The notes beneath the pieces were generated by a model that saw nothing but the letters and a program-made list of their open reading frames with translations, did not search any database and was not told the origin of the DNA. From assembly GCF_964204645.1 (NCBI RefSeq), contig NC_134026.1, positions 4,983,950 to 5,047,949 on the forward strand: DNA of 64,000 nt, in the 5' to 3' direction. The position numbers were made by a program, and so were the translations under genes. This document shows positions 37,089 through 48,216 of this stretch, piece by piece. Every line of letters starts with the position of its first letter. Within the stretch, counting starts at the first letter, position 1. This DNA is from Tubulanus polymorphus. Its lineage: Eukaryota > Animalia > Nemertea.

Positions 37089-38354
37089 TTAATCTTCGTC
37101 CTCATGTAACATTTGTATCGATGCTGGGTATCGCATTTGCCTGTGCAATGGTTGTCTGCCATGTTCTAGTATTTCGGGCCCGGGTTCGAAAAATTCTACG
37201 ATTGGGGACGTCGTCACCGATCGACGCTGCTGTGGTCCGCTCAGCTGTTCATCGCGTCTTGACCGAAAATCTTGAGCGTACCTGACTGCCAGACCACGCG
37301 CCGATGTGATCGACCCAAGGCTGTCGACGGAGCGGCGCGCCGTTCGTCTGCTCGATTGTCGCCAGGCGGCAGCAGCATCATCGTCGTATGAAACTGAACG
37401 CTGGAATTGTGGTGTGCCGGAGACCGGGGTAGCGGGAGCTGTGGCACACTCCCCTGAAAAGAAACCTTGATTGGAGACACCATCGTCGAATGATGGCCAC
37501 CTGTCAGAGCCGGCGTAAGTGTCCAGTTCGTCGGCGATACTTTCTACCTTCCTCAGCTCATCGGCTGCAACTTCGTATTTATGGGCGCTTATATCTCTAT
37601 AGTAAAAGTAAACGAATACAACAAAACCCACAAATATAGGGATTGCTATTATGGACGGTGCTAGCGATGCGGCGAATGAAAATGTGTAGAACTTTACCCA
37701 ACACTGGACACACACACAGAAAGTGAATAGCGCGATTCCAATACCGTTCGCCATGATCCACGCAGTTTCGACGAAAATAGACAATCTCCGGTAGAGATTT
37801 TCTTGGGATTGATTTTTCGCATGCCATCGAGAGATTTCGAGGTTCGGCAGCAGACACGTACTAATCAGCAACGCAAACACGTGCACGCAAACGAGAAGTG
37901 TCGAGACTGCACTGAACGCGATCAACAGACCTTCAGGGGTGTCCTTTTCAATTTGTAGTTCGACCATATTCACCTGTATATACATAAATAGCAAGAAAAG
38001 TATCTAATCATTTACGGGGATAAAACAATATGATTTGAATGATAAACAACGATAAACAGTTGATGATCGAATTGATATTGCATAAGCAAAAATATCAAAT
38101 CTCCGAGTATTTTGGCAAAAATAGCGTACATCTTATATGACACGAAATGAATTCAATTTAAGATTAAAAATTATCTTTTAGCGATAATTCTCAGATGGGT
38201 TTCCCTGAATGATTTTTGAAAACAGAATCAAATCACTCACCATTGCAAATCCAGCGAGTAATCCCGACGTTGAGCTCGTCGCTTTTAGTTTCCCCCTGGT
38301 CACTAATTCATGATGACGATTCCCTAATTGTTCATCGGTAAGATGTTCAGACAT
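37089..38354 (-). CDS. ORAI: Divergent Orai (CRAC channel) family protein, 332 aa. Exons 38354-38241 and 37973-37089
   Basis: RGKLKATSSTSGLLAGFAM|VNMVELQ, LLIAFSAVSTLLVCVHVFALLISTCLLPNLE, ETAW...CWVKF and TM4 followed by SAHK: the Orai TM1-TM4 signature. Confidence 0.92.
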
Positions 38355-39267
38355 GTTGCATGTAGTGAGCACTATCACAGACGATAATGATTACACTATT
38401 TCACAGTAACCTCCGAATCACGCCCATGTATCTCTCTTTTAGACATTGGCGTCCATATTCGGAATCAAAAAGCCTATTGCGATCTATGTATGTTTAATAC
38501 GTATACATAAATGTTCATATATTTTATGACAACTGATAAAGACACTTAAACAGCCTACATCAAATTCATTTACATGAGCAGTGGGTCAGATATTTTATCA
38601 GTATCGAGCTATCTTTCAGTTATCTTTTTCGAAAAAGCGTCAAATACGGCGCCAACTTCAAACATTGAAAGAAATCTATTCAGAAAATAAACGTTTTTCA
38701 TTAATTCGGGAACAACGTTCTAAAGTCTATAGGATAAAGGTGCAATTTCCTGTTCGTTTTATCGTCATAATTTTTAGTTATTCTGTGCGATATCAATTTA
38801 CTTGATAAATACCTTCATTTTCATCCCATCTAATTTATTGGCTTCGTTTGTGTAGTAACGAACCTTGATAAATACTGTATTTTTCAGGAATATCTAATCG
38901 AAACGTTTAAGGAATTATAGTTATTGCTAATATTATTTGTTCAAAAGTAATAAAAAGCATAGTTATTAGTATCATCTATATCGATGAAGGAATATTAGAA
39001 TCGTTACCTTTTTTTCACGCCGAAGCCAATCGGTTCGTGTGAACAAACATGCTATCCTATTATAACACAACACATTAAGCAGGGTTTCTATGCGTTTTTA
39101 CGAACGAATTAACACGTAGAAACAGTTGAATTCTGGCAATCAATTTTATAAGTTTATTAATACCAGATGTCCAGTAGTTTTTTTTAATCAGATTCTGGCG
39201 CATTTATATCGGCTCGAATCAGCGCATATCATTTTATTGCTCCACTACCAGCACGGCAGATGGGAAA

Positions 39268-42200
39268 ATGAGCACGCTGTCGCCAATTCTGGTTTTGCTA
39301 GGTATGCTTAAGGCATAACGGGACAATTCTTTTGATTTAGGTCTAAGTATAATCTTCCTACTTGGGTTTTAACCAAAATTATTATCGGTATTTTTAGGTT
39401 CACTGGCTGGATATTCATATTGCGCTGTGGTACGTTGAAAACGTGAAAATATCTTTTGGAATATCCAGGGCAGATCCAGGAAAATCGATAGGCCGTGGTC
39501 AAAAAGAATAGAAAAGCAGGATGAAGCAGCCACGTGAAAGGCCACTAGCGGGCTTTAACCCTCAGTATTAACATATCTTTGGAGAAATACATCCAGAAAT
39601 ATGCAAATTCCGAGAGGATGGGTGTCAAATTAGCAGCTTTTAACTATCAAGCTTTAACTGTCTTGACAAAAAGAGCAACCTCAGTGGGAAGGCGGGGACA
39701 GGACCCCGAGACCACCCCCCTAAATCCGCTCCTGATTTCTTGTATCTACTTAAATGATTTACATCTAGAATATTTGACACTGCATGGAATATAAAACACC
39801 TAACTACTACGAATGATTCGTCATGGTGTTTGTTAACGGTAAGTCGAATTCATTATCATCAGTATTCAACTATTATTTCTTTAGGACTGTCCGCAGACGC
39901 TGATAGATATTTCAAAGAAAACGACGCATAGTATGTGCCTACGTCCAGAAAACGCAAAAAGTACGTAGGACAAAAGCGAAACGTTACTTCTAAAAACAAT
40001 GAAAATGAATAATAAGATAAAAACCCACTATCTACAGATTAAAAGAATTTAAAAACAAGAATTTATTTATTCGAACAATCTAAAAAATATATAGAATACA
40101 CGACGTTTCGATCGCACTCTAGAGATCGTCGTCAGGTGTCAGGTCACACCTGACGATGATATCTAGGGTGAGATCGAAACGTCGTGTATTTTATATTTTC
40201 GATTGTTCGAATAAGTAAATTCTTGTTTTTAAATTGTTTTAATCTGTAGATAGTGGGTTTTTATCTTATTATCCGTTCACCACGTTTGAGTGTGGTTATC
40301 GTTCTCTAATGCAAATGAAAATTGAAATATGATCTGTTAAGCGCGTTGATATGGGCTACGTACGTCTATTTCTAACGCACTTTTTCGAATAATTTCGCAA
40401 AAGATACACGTTTGATCGACGAAGAATCCTTACTGTGCCGTCTGTTGTTACCGTTTTCTAGCTCCATCGGATGCCGATAAACGGATCATATTACACGAAC
40501 ACAATAAATACCGCGGGGAGGCTGATCCACCACCGAAATACATGTTCAAAATGGTATTTTCTGACTTTCTCTTATTTTTCCTAGCTTCGTTTCATGATAT
40601 ATTCCACCGTGAACACTAACATCATCTACGCGGTCTTTCATTTTCATGATTTTAGTTTGATTTTTAATTCAGTATTGGGATGAAGAAGCAGCTAAGACAG
40701 CGCTCGGTTGGGCGAACTCGATGTGCCATGCACGGGGTGGTGGACCAGATCACGATCCTATTACCGCTCGATTTATTCCTGGTAATCTGGTTATTTACAG
40801 ATATTGCCTCGGTATTTTTACTCCACGCCGTAGCGTGGTGGAACGAATGTATCGCAGAGTTGCAAAAATTGAAATTTCATCTTAAGAGTCTCAATATGAG
40901 CCATGCGTAACGTTTTTTTAGACGCCTTCTTACTATTCATTCAGATCAGTTCACAATTTTTTGCAGGAAGAGACGCGTACGGACAGAATTGGTTTTGCGC
41001 TAGTGGCAAGGGCAGTACATGGCAACAAGCGATCAAGAGTTGGTACGATGAAAAGGAGGAGGAGAACTTTAATTTTGAAGACGGCGGAAACGAGGGAACT
41101 GGACATTATACGCAGGTTATATCAATGGCCTTCTTTGATTAATCAAAATCAAACGAAATTGTTTTGGCAAATAGATTTATAAAATCTATCTACAATCTGT
41201 CACGCATAACGTAACCTTTTTAATATACATTATGTCATTGATCTTCTAGATTATGTGGGCTGATAGCATGCTGGTTGGATGTGGCATGATTTATTGCGAA
41301 ATCGGAAAAAATCCGGGTGAATATTTCGTGTGTAATTACGCTCGAAGGTGAGTCTAGTCATGGATTCTTTGAACGTTGTTCTAGTGGCGGCAACTCGCCT
41401 TCTGGGCCTTCTTAGTAATCTATCTATCTAAACCCTCCCCTACGTCCTCAAAACAATATTTTCAAGATGAGCTGAAACACTTTCGTATTTGCGCCCGCGC
41501 AAAAACAAATATTCGTTTTTGCGCCCGTGCAAAAACGGATTATTTCGTTTTTGCGCGTTAAAAGTTTGTTTTTGCGCGGTAATATTTGTTTTTGCGCGGT
41601 CAGATTTGTTTTTGTGCGTTTTCGTGAAGGACGAAAAAACAATTTTACATATCCCGAATCAGCCACCATAGAAACACAATATAAGGCATGAGATCAACGA
41701 AAGTATTATGAATAAAACGGTTTGAGGGGGACCTTTTTCGTAATTTTGACTCGCTGTGTTTATTTACAGTGGGAATGAACCGGATTATTACGGTAAAAAT
41801 GATCGACCGTACAATAAGTCTGAAACTATAAGAGGCTCTAGCTGTAAGGAAAACTTTAATAATGAGACTGGCTTGTGCGGTAAGCGAAATGGCAATGATA
41901 TTTATATCGACGAAAATAAGAATCTGTCCTCGAAAGAAAAATAAGTTAGTCTAGTGACGCCAATTGGTTAATGTGTCTATAATGAATTATTGAAATGAAA
42001 ACTTGTAAATACATGTATGTACTTAAGTTCAATTACAATTACATCATTATATAGATATCTATATATTTTCAAATCTTGTACATATATTGAAAAATAAATA
42101 CATATTATTATTATTAAACATATAAGTATGATATCTATTCGCGTGCTTTTTGCAGAATGTAAAGATGTGATGTTCTGTTTGAATGGTGGTAGGATGAATT

Positions 42201-43505
42201 CTGAAAACTGTACTTGTATCTGTCCTAATGTGCCGTGGATCGTTGGACCTAATTGCGAGCGTAAGTGTGGAGAGCGGACGTTGAGATATCTTGACGTTGT
42301 TCTGTCGATGACGGGTCTTTTTAGAAATACGACAATACTGTAGTACCATCACATGCATTTACAAAATACTGAATATCATTGTATGCACATTCTGGAGACG
42401 TTTGCAAGAAAGTCATTTTATTTCAACTTCAGTTGATTGTACGAAAGGTGTCACCGATGATTCTGGACACTCGTGTAGTCGTGCGGATTGCGATACGGAT
42501 AACATATTCGACAAGTGTCCGGTAATGTGTGGTTTATGTTCAAAGTGTAAGTATACATTCGCGCTATCTAAAGAAAAGAAAAATTTACAGTTCACATTAT
42601 CATAATTCATCCATATTTGTTTTTCAAGCTGGTAATATGAATTATGCGGGGGAAGCAGCGAAGTTGAAAGGTGAATGATATATCAAAATGCATTGATATT
42701 TTTCTTCTATTCTGTTCACAAATGATGTCGTGTAACTCAGTTCAATGCTATTATTGAGTAAACTTTGTATCATCCATCAAGAAAACAATCTGATCTGATA
42801 TTTTCTGCATAGCCGAACAGCCAACAGAGCTCGTCGGTGTTGGCGGTGGACCTAAAGGAAGTGCGTCATCTACGTTGCAAAGCAATAGCGTTGACAATTC
42901 CCAAGCAGCGCACGATGCCAATAATGCCAAACAAGCAGCCAATGAAAATGCCGAATCTAACGGCGAATCTGACGGTGGTATTAAATTTTTTCGATAACAT
43001 TTTGGTCGTTTAGATAATCAAATAAAATGACAGAAACCCATATAGATGTGTCAGAATGGAAAAAATATTTTTTTGGTTGTTTTACCAAAAGAAAACTATT
43101 CACTTCTTTAGATTTTAGTGATGATTCCTTTGTCTGATTGTGATTTTTTATTTCAAGATGACAGCGATGAAGATTATACTAGTGAAAGTGAGACAGTCCA
43201 CAACGGAGAAGATTATTCGGGTACATATCACACTAAATCGGCTTTGGGACTGTTAACGAAATTATTCAATTATAGTGACGTTGCCTTCGTCTAAATATGA
43301 TTTTCTATCTAAAGATGAAGATTATCCTGATGGAAACGAGCCAGTCGTCAATGGAGACGATGAATCGGGCTCATATCACGGAGGTAAAGCACTTATAATC
43401 GACTTTGACGAAATTATTCACTACATTAGAATTGTAGCGATGTTGCCTTCGTCTGTATTTCTAGATGACAGCTATGAAGATGATACTGATGAGCCAGACT
43501 ACTAG
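39268..43505 (+). CDS. CAP/SCP-EGF-ShK-like protein, copy 2, with an acidic Asp/Glu/Tyr tail, ~15 exons
   Basis: Signal MSTLSPILVLLGSLAGYSYCAV. Exon-for-exon paralog of copy 1 (DCPQTLIDISKKTTHSMCLRP, HEHNKYR, GQNWFC, SWYDE, GHYTQIMWADSMLVGC, CLNGGRMNSENCTCIC, CPVMCGLC). The final exons are less certain. Confidence 0.88.
39466..39734. mobile_element. MITE-like element in CAP copy 2 intron 2
   Basis: CAGGGCAGATCCAGG ... CCCTAAATCCGCTCCTG imperfect inverted termini, the same style as 23184-23422. Confidence 0.45.
40098..40139 (-). ncRNA. Minimal type I hammerhead ribozyme motif (- strand copy)
   Basis: Reads ACAC-CUGACGA-C-GAUCUCUAGAGUGCGAUC-GAAA-C-GUC-GUGU: stem I ACAC/GUGU, intact core, stem II GAUC/GAUC and a GUC cleavage triplet. 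Confidence 0.75.
40146..40187 (+). ncRNA. Minimal type I hammerhead ribozyme motif (+ strand copy)
   Basis: Reads ACAC-CUGACGA-U-GAUAUCUAGGGUGAGAUC-GAAA-C-GUC-GUGU, the same architecture with one mismatch in stem II. Confidence 0.75.
41487..41625. repeat. Degenerate ~20-25-bp tandem repeat (core GTTTTTGCGCG), probably part of a non-autonomous element
   Basis: About six TTTTGCGC/TTTTGTGC cores at near-regular spacing in a CAP copy 2 intron. Confidence 0.6.
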
Positions 43506-44491
43506 CACAGTTATTTACGATGATCCAGGTTCATATTACTGAGATAGACATTTGGCTTTAGTGGCAAAACAAATCCTCGAACCGACGCGTTCCTATTATT
43601 AGTCGACGATAGATTCTGTTTAAATAATCACAGTTTCTTCCAATTTCAGATCAGATCGGGTAAAATAAACAAATCAGTCATGGCAATATGGATGTCTCGG
43701 ATTGACAAATTGCATTTGATTCAAAAAATGTTGTAGTGGTTTATCTATTTCATTACTTGAATCCAGTACAGTCGCCATGTGTCCACGTGCATATAGAATA
43801 TGTTAATGAAAATGAAATGATTTGATCTAATTAAAATCGCAGGGAAATCTAAACAAAACAATGGTTCCATATGGATACGGATTCTCTGAATAGATCGTTA
43901 TCTAGAATTTGGTGATAAAATCAATTTCATGTATTCGTTTTGAATAGGCAAAAATCATTTCATGTTTAAACACGTCCTGTTTTGCGCGCATCGAAATTAT
44001 TTTATTAACAAATACATTTATATAAAAGTATAGAACACAATAAATGTGTTTTGTGAGCTGATAAAACAGCATTTTCGTCTATTCTTTCTCAAACAAAACA
44101 TTTGCCGCAATTCAACATGTCAAATTTGTATAGTCATTGCGATATTCATAATGATTAGCTTCCAATACAGTTTAGGGGTTCGACGAGATTAGACAAGATG
44201 ATTTAAAACAACTATTGAGATGATTTTATTTTCCAGCTAGGATTAGATATTTCATTACATATATATATAATGAGTATATACGTTTTGAGAGCGTACAATA
44301 TAGTAGTTAGATATTAAGAGGTTTGATTATACTGATCTAACGCTTTTCGATTAAGTTCTTTCGCTGTCCAGACACTGAGAAAGTGAGAAATATTGAACAG
44401 CCGGTCGAAAGACGAGTCAAGTGGAATTCTACTGAAAGATAATTACTGCTCAAATATTATTGTTCCACGTGTATTCCCACCTCGAATATAG

Positions 44492-45532
44492 TTATGTAGC
44501 AGTATTAGAGCTTCTCGGGACATAGAATTTCGATCCCCGCCGTAGAGTATGTTTGCCGTCACTCGATTCGCGTTTGCAATGGCGTAAACTCCAGAAGATA
44601 TCGCTGTAAGCGATTTTGAACTTGCTGTTCATCAAACCGTATACGATCGGATTTGTGCACGTGCTGATCGACGCAAACCAGGCCAGGTACCGTATCGTTC
44701 GGTCCAAAGTGCCACTGCTTGCGTTACTGTCAACTATGATGACAATAGCGTACGGGTAGAAGAGCAAAACTAACATTAGAAACGCTGTGAACAATGTCAT
44801 CACAGCTCGCCGGTCACGAGATTCACGTTTTTTAGCGTGTTTATTGCTATTACCGCTAGTAGTGCTTTCCCTGGGGCGAGCTTCGGCGTGACTCGACAGA
44901 CGAGAGGTAGATCTTCTGATGACGCAAAAAATGCGCGAATATAGCAAAAACGTGATAACCGATGGCAGAAGAATGCCGGTGATCAGCATCCCGGCGCATT
45001 TCGTATCACCGCGCGACGCGTAGGTACATTCAAATTGTCTTGGGTCGTAGTGATACGTACACGTGTTCATCGCAGCGCCCCCATACGTAATCGTTATACA
45101 ACACAGCCACAACACGATTATGCTAATAGTGTTGTTTCGAAACGTGTAAATTTTATCGTATTTCGTGTGAAAGCAGACGCGAATGAACCGATTGATGGCG
45201 ATTGTCACTTGGCCCCATAATGATACACCATACGTGATGACCATGATCGTTCCGATGGCGAAGCAAGTCGTATCGGAGAGAGTCACGCTGCCTCGACCTA
45301 TGATCGACATAAGAATGAACGGGTGCACAACACAACACATGATCAAGTCAGAAATAGCAATGTTGACGACCAACGCATTCGAAGGCGTTTGCAAATCCTT
45401 GTGGAGGTAGTAGGCTGCAAGGAGTACGCTGTTGCCAATCATTCCAGTAAGAGTAATCAATGCTACTAGGATAGTGTCGACAACTGTCACACCGGGTGAC
45501 ACTGAAACATAACTAGATTCATTAGCACTCAT
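44492..45532 (-). CDS. Intronless rhodopsin-family GPCR, melatonin receptor/Tre1-moody-like, 346 aa
   Basis: GN in TM1, NIAISD in TM2, AINRFIRVC (NRY-type motif), YPY in TM6, NPIVYG in TM7. Confidence 0.9.
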   Translation of the reverse strand: MSANESSYVSVSPGVTVVDTILVALITLTGMIGNSVLLAAYYLHKDLQTPSNALVVNIAISDLIMCCVVHPFILMSIIGRGSVTLSDTTCFAIGTIMVITYGVSLWGQVTIAINRFIRVCFHTKYDKIYTFRNNTISIIVLWLCCITITYGGAAMNTCTYHYDPRQFECTYASRGDTKCAGMLITGILLPSVITFLLYSRIFCVIRRSTSRLSSHAEARPRESTTSGNSNKHAKKRESRDRRAVMTLFTAFLMLVLLFYPYAIVIIVDSNASSGTLDRTIRYLAWFASISTCTNPIVYGLMNSKFKIAYSDIFWSLRHCKRESSDGKHTLRRGSKFYVPRSSNTAT

Positions 45533-46317
45533 CGTGTTGCAGTTTCATCTGATTCCGATTCTACCTGTGATATGATCGGCACCGAATTAATTAAACTTCT
45601 ACTCCAGTGGTTATCGTCAGCTAAAATGATTGAACCCGGAAAGATCAAGCTTTAATTTAGATTCTGCATTAGACGATATCGATAATCGAAGCGCATATTT
45701 CCTGGTGTTGAAAATGCACCCGTATCATTATTTCACAATAACCAGCTATCAAACGGAATTCAGTTCGTTTTGTGAATTTTGATATCAATGATATTGTTAT
45801 CGTCCATTATCCGATCATGCGCTATTTTCATGCACCATTGTGTCATTATAATTAATGATAGCTCGGCTTCCAGAAGGGACAATTCTTTTTTTATTATGAG
45901 GAATGTTTTGTTTGCACAACGGTGATCGCAAACCTTTACGATATACTGAAACTTCCGAAAGCTTCTCTCGAAAAACGAACCGTGGCATCCATGATTTTTT
46001 TAGTTGGGTATTATGTACGAAGGTCTTTTCGCCAAGATACGTCGTATCCCCGAATGGCCAACCTGTAAGCAATGGAGTAAATGTGTTATGAAAACAAAGT
46101 ATAAACTTTGAAACAAATTCTATTTACTCAGACATGGACGCAACGATTTCCAATATTTAAGATTTAAAGAGGTATAATTTTCGTATTTTCTGACCTAAAA
46201 TCGATGAAATTGGCTGACGACTTGTGACGTTATGAGATAATCATCTATTTTTTTAATTGTATAATGGTGTTTATTGACCAGGCGTCAGAACGCATAACGT
46301 GAAATGATTGATTCATC

Positions 46318-47253
46318 ATGAACGATACCTCAACGCCACACACTGTGGGTAGACCATACTTTACAGTCCAAGTGTTGAAAGCTTTACCAAACCTAACCGG
46401 TATTTCGCGTACGGTGATGCTGACGTGTACCGTAACAATTCTCACCGCTGGGATCATCGGAAATGTGGCCAGTTTCCTCGTAATGACTAGTACGAAGTTT
46501 AGATGTCTTTCGTACACGAATTATTTGGCAGCGTTAGCGATATCCGATTTGGGAAATTGTTACGGTCGATTCTTTGCGCCATTGATCGATTTTGTTCTTT
46601 GGACTCGAGACGGCAAAGGTATCCAAATAGAAGGTATTTTGGCTTGTATTTGTAATGAATATCCGTTTGTTCTTGTAACGGCATCAAGCACTTGGTTAGT
46701 GGTTGTCGTTACATTAGAACGTCTGATGTTAGTAGTTTTTCCGTTCACGGCTCGTGTCGTCTGCACGGCCGCATTTGCACGCAGAGTTATTCTGGCGGTA
46801 TTTATCCTAAGTTCATTAGTTGCTGGTTACTGTTTCATCATGCAGTATTCGAATAGACTCGGCTGTTACTACGACTTCGCAAAAATTCGACCCGCATTTT
46901 CCACTTACGTAACGATCACGTTCACTGTTCCAGTTGTTGTAACGATTTCCTTCAATGTCGTCATCGTAAGCGTTCTTACACAAAAACGGTCGTTCGGCTC
47001 CGGAGATGCGAAAATTCAAAAGGTTAAAAGGACAACTATCATGCTGATAACGGTATCCGTTATTTTTGCAATTACCGCCTTGCCGAACACGATAAATTCA
47101 ATCATGGGTACATTCCCAAACGATCCCAAATTGACGCAAACATTGTTCTTCGTATTTTCCACCATTCTCGGATGCAATTATTCGATAAACTTCTACATTT
47201 ACCTACAAGGATCAGAAGTGCGTACATTTTTCGTTCAGATGTTGAGTTGCTGA
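46318..47253 (+). CDS. Intronless rhodopsin-family GPCR of the orphan peptide-receptor-like/chemoreceptor type, 311 aa
   Basis: GIIGN, YLAALAISD, SSTWLVVVVTLER...FPF, VP in TM5, LP in TM6, NYSINFYIY. Confidence 0.9.
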   Translation: MNDTSTPHTVGRPYFTVQVLKALPNLTGISRTVMLTCTVTILTAGIIGNVASFLVMTSTKFRCLSYTNYLAALAISDLGNCYGRFFAPLIDFVLWTRDGKGIQIEGILACICNEYPFVLVTASSTWLVVVVTLERLMLVVFPFTARVVCTAAFARRVILAVFILSSLVAGYCFIMQYSNRLGCYYDFAKIRPAFSTYVTITFTVPVVVTISFNVVIVSVLTQKRSFGSGDAKIQKVKRTTIMLITVSVIFAITALPNTINSIMGTFPNDPKLTQTLFFVFSTILGCNYSINFYIYLQGSEVRTFFVQMLSC

Positions 47254-47360
47254 CTTTTTCATGAACGAATATTTCATACGTTTCTACATGTATACACTTG
47301 CTTCCATTGCACTGTTCAAATAGCGAATAAGGGTCTGCGACATTCTTTTAAGACTACGCA

Positions 47361-47395
47361 ACCCATGTGGGGCTTGCAACAAGCCCCACATGGGT
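47361..47395. repeat. Perfect 16-bp inverted repeat with a 3-nt loop
   Basis: ACCCATGTGGGGCTTG-CAA-CAAGCCCCACATGGGT. Confidence 0.9.
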
Positions 47396-48216
47396 ATTAT
47401 GGTATTGACAACATTTGAGCAACAGCTGCTCATATGTTGTTACCCGGTGTTTAAACATTTTTACATGGTAAGGTACAAAATATGTTCACATGACATTTCA
47501 CAACATTGTAATATATACGATCAAACTAACTAGTAGATTTAAATATATTGCCTACTGGAAATTGATATAAAATTGTACTCATGTATGTCCATAATCACAA
47601 CTTTATGACAGTGGATCCAGAGATTGAATGGCTTCATAATTCGAGTTCCAGACTCCAGAAATCATCATTTATTGGAAAAGAAATTATTGGTATTAGTGCG
47701 TGTAATTTTCTGCACCACCGACTACATTATTATACCAAATTACCTGGATCGTTTTAGTACTACAATGCTGGATATGTAACGCTATTTCTCTACTCCGAGA
47801 TGCGGAAGTGAACGGTAGATTCGAACTGTGAAATATTATGTCATGTTTTAAGATATTTTTTCGTCATCATACATTCCCAATTCCAAAAGCAACGATGAAA
47901 AATGGACTGTGAAAGATATGATATTTTTCTCAAACAGCAGAATTTTTCGTTTGTTACTTGGCCATCGTGAAAATTAGTTGGAGTAGAATAATGTTGGACG
48001 ACTAGGCATGCGTTGAGTTGAGAATCTCGTCTACTTCCTAAACGTAATGGGACATAACGATTTCCAATATATATTTTTGATTTAATGCGGTATAATTTTT
48101 GCAATTGCGGACCTGAAATCGATGTGAGATTGGTGGCCATGCACTCGTTGAACTACAAGATAATCATTTTAAGTATTAAACGATGACACTACGCATACTG
48201 CGAACACTTTTTCGTC

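Larger units (their letters stand above)
40009..40307. mobile_element. Penelope-like element remnant: inverted pair of terminal repeats (~130-bp arms) plus a short unpaired extension, in CAP copy 2 intron 3
   Basis: 40009-40139 is the reverse complement of 40146-40272 with few mismatches. Each arm ends in a minimal hammerhead motif. AATGAAAATGAA (39998-40009) and AATGCAAATGAA (40308-40319) flank it as a possible target-site duplication. Confidence 0.7.

Noticed and set aside
39769-39838. Possible extra exon of CAP copy 2 ending in a strong GTAAGT donor
   Set aside because: Its acceptor phase does not fit the preceding exon and copy 1 has no counterpart. The gene joins cleanly without it.
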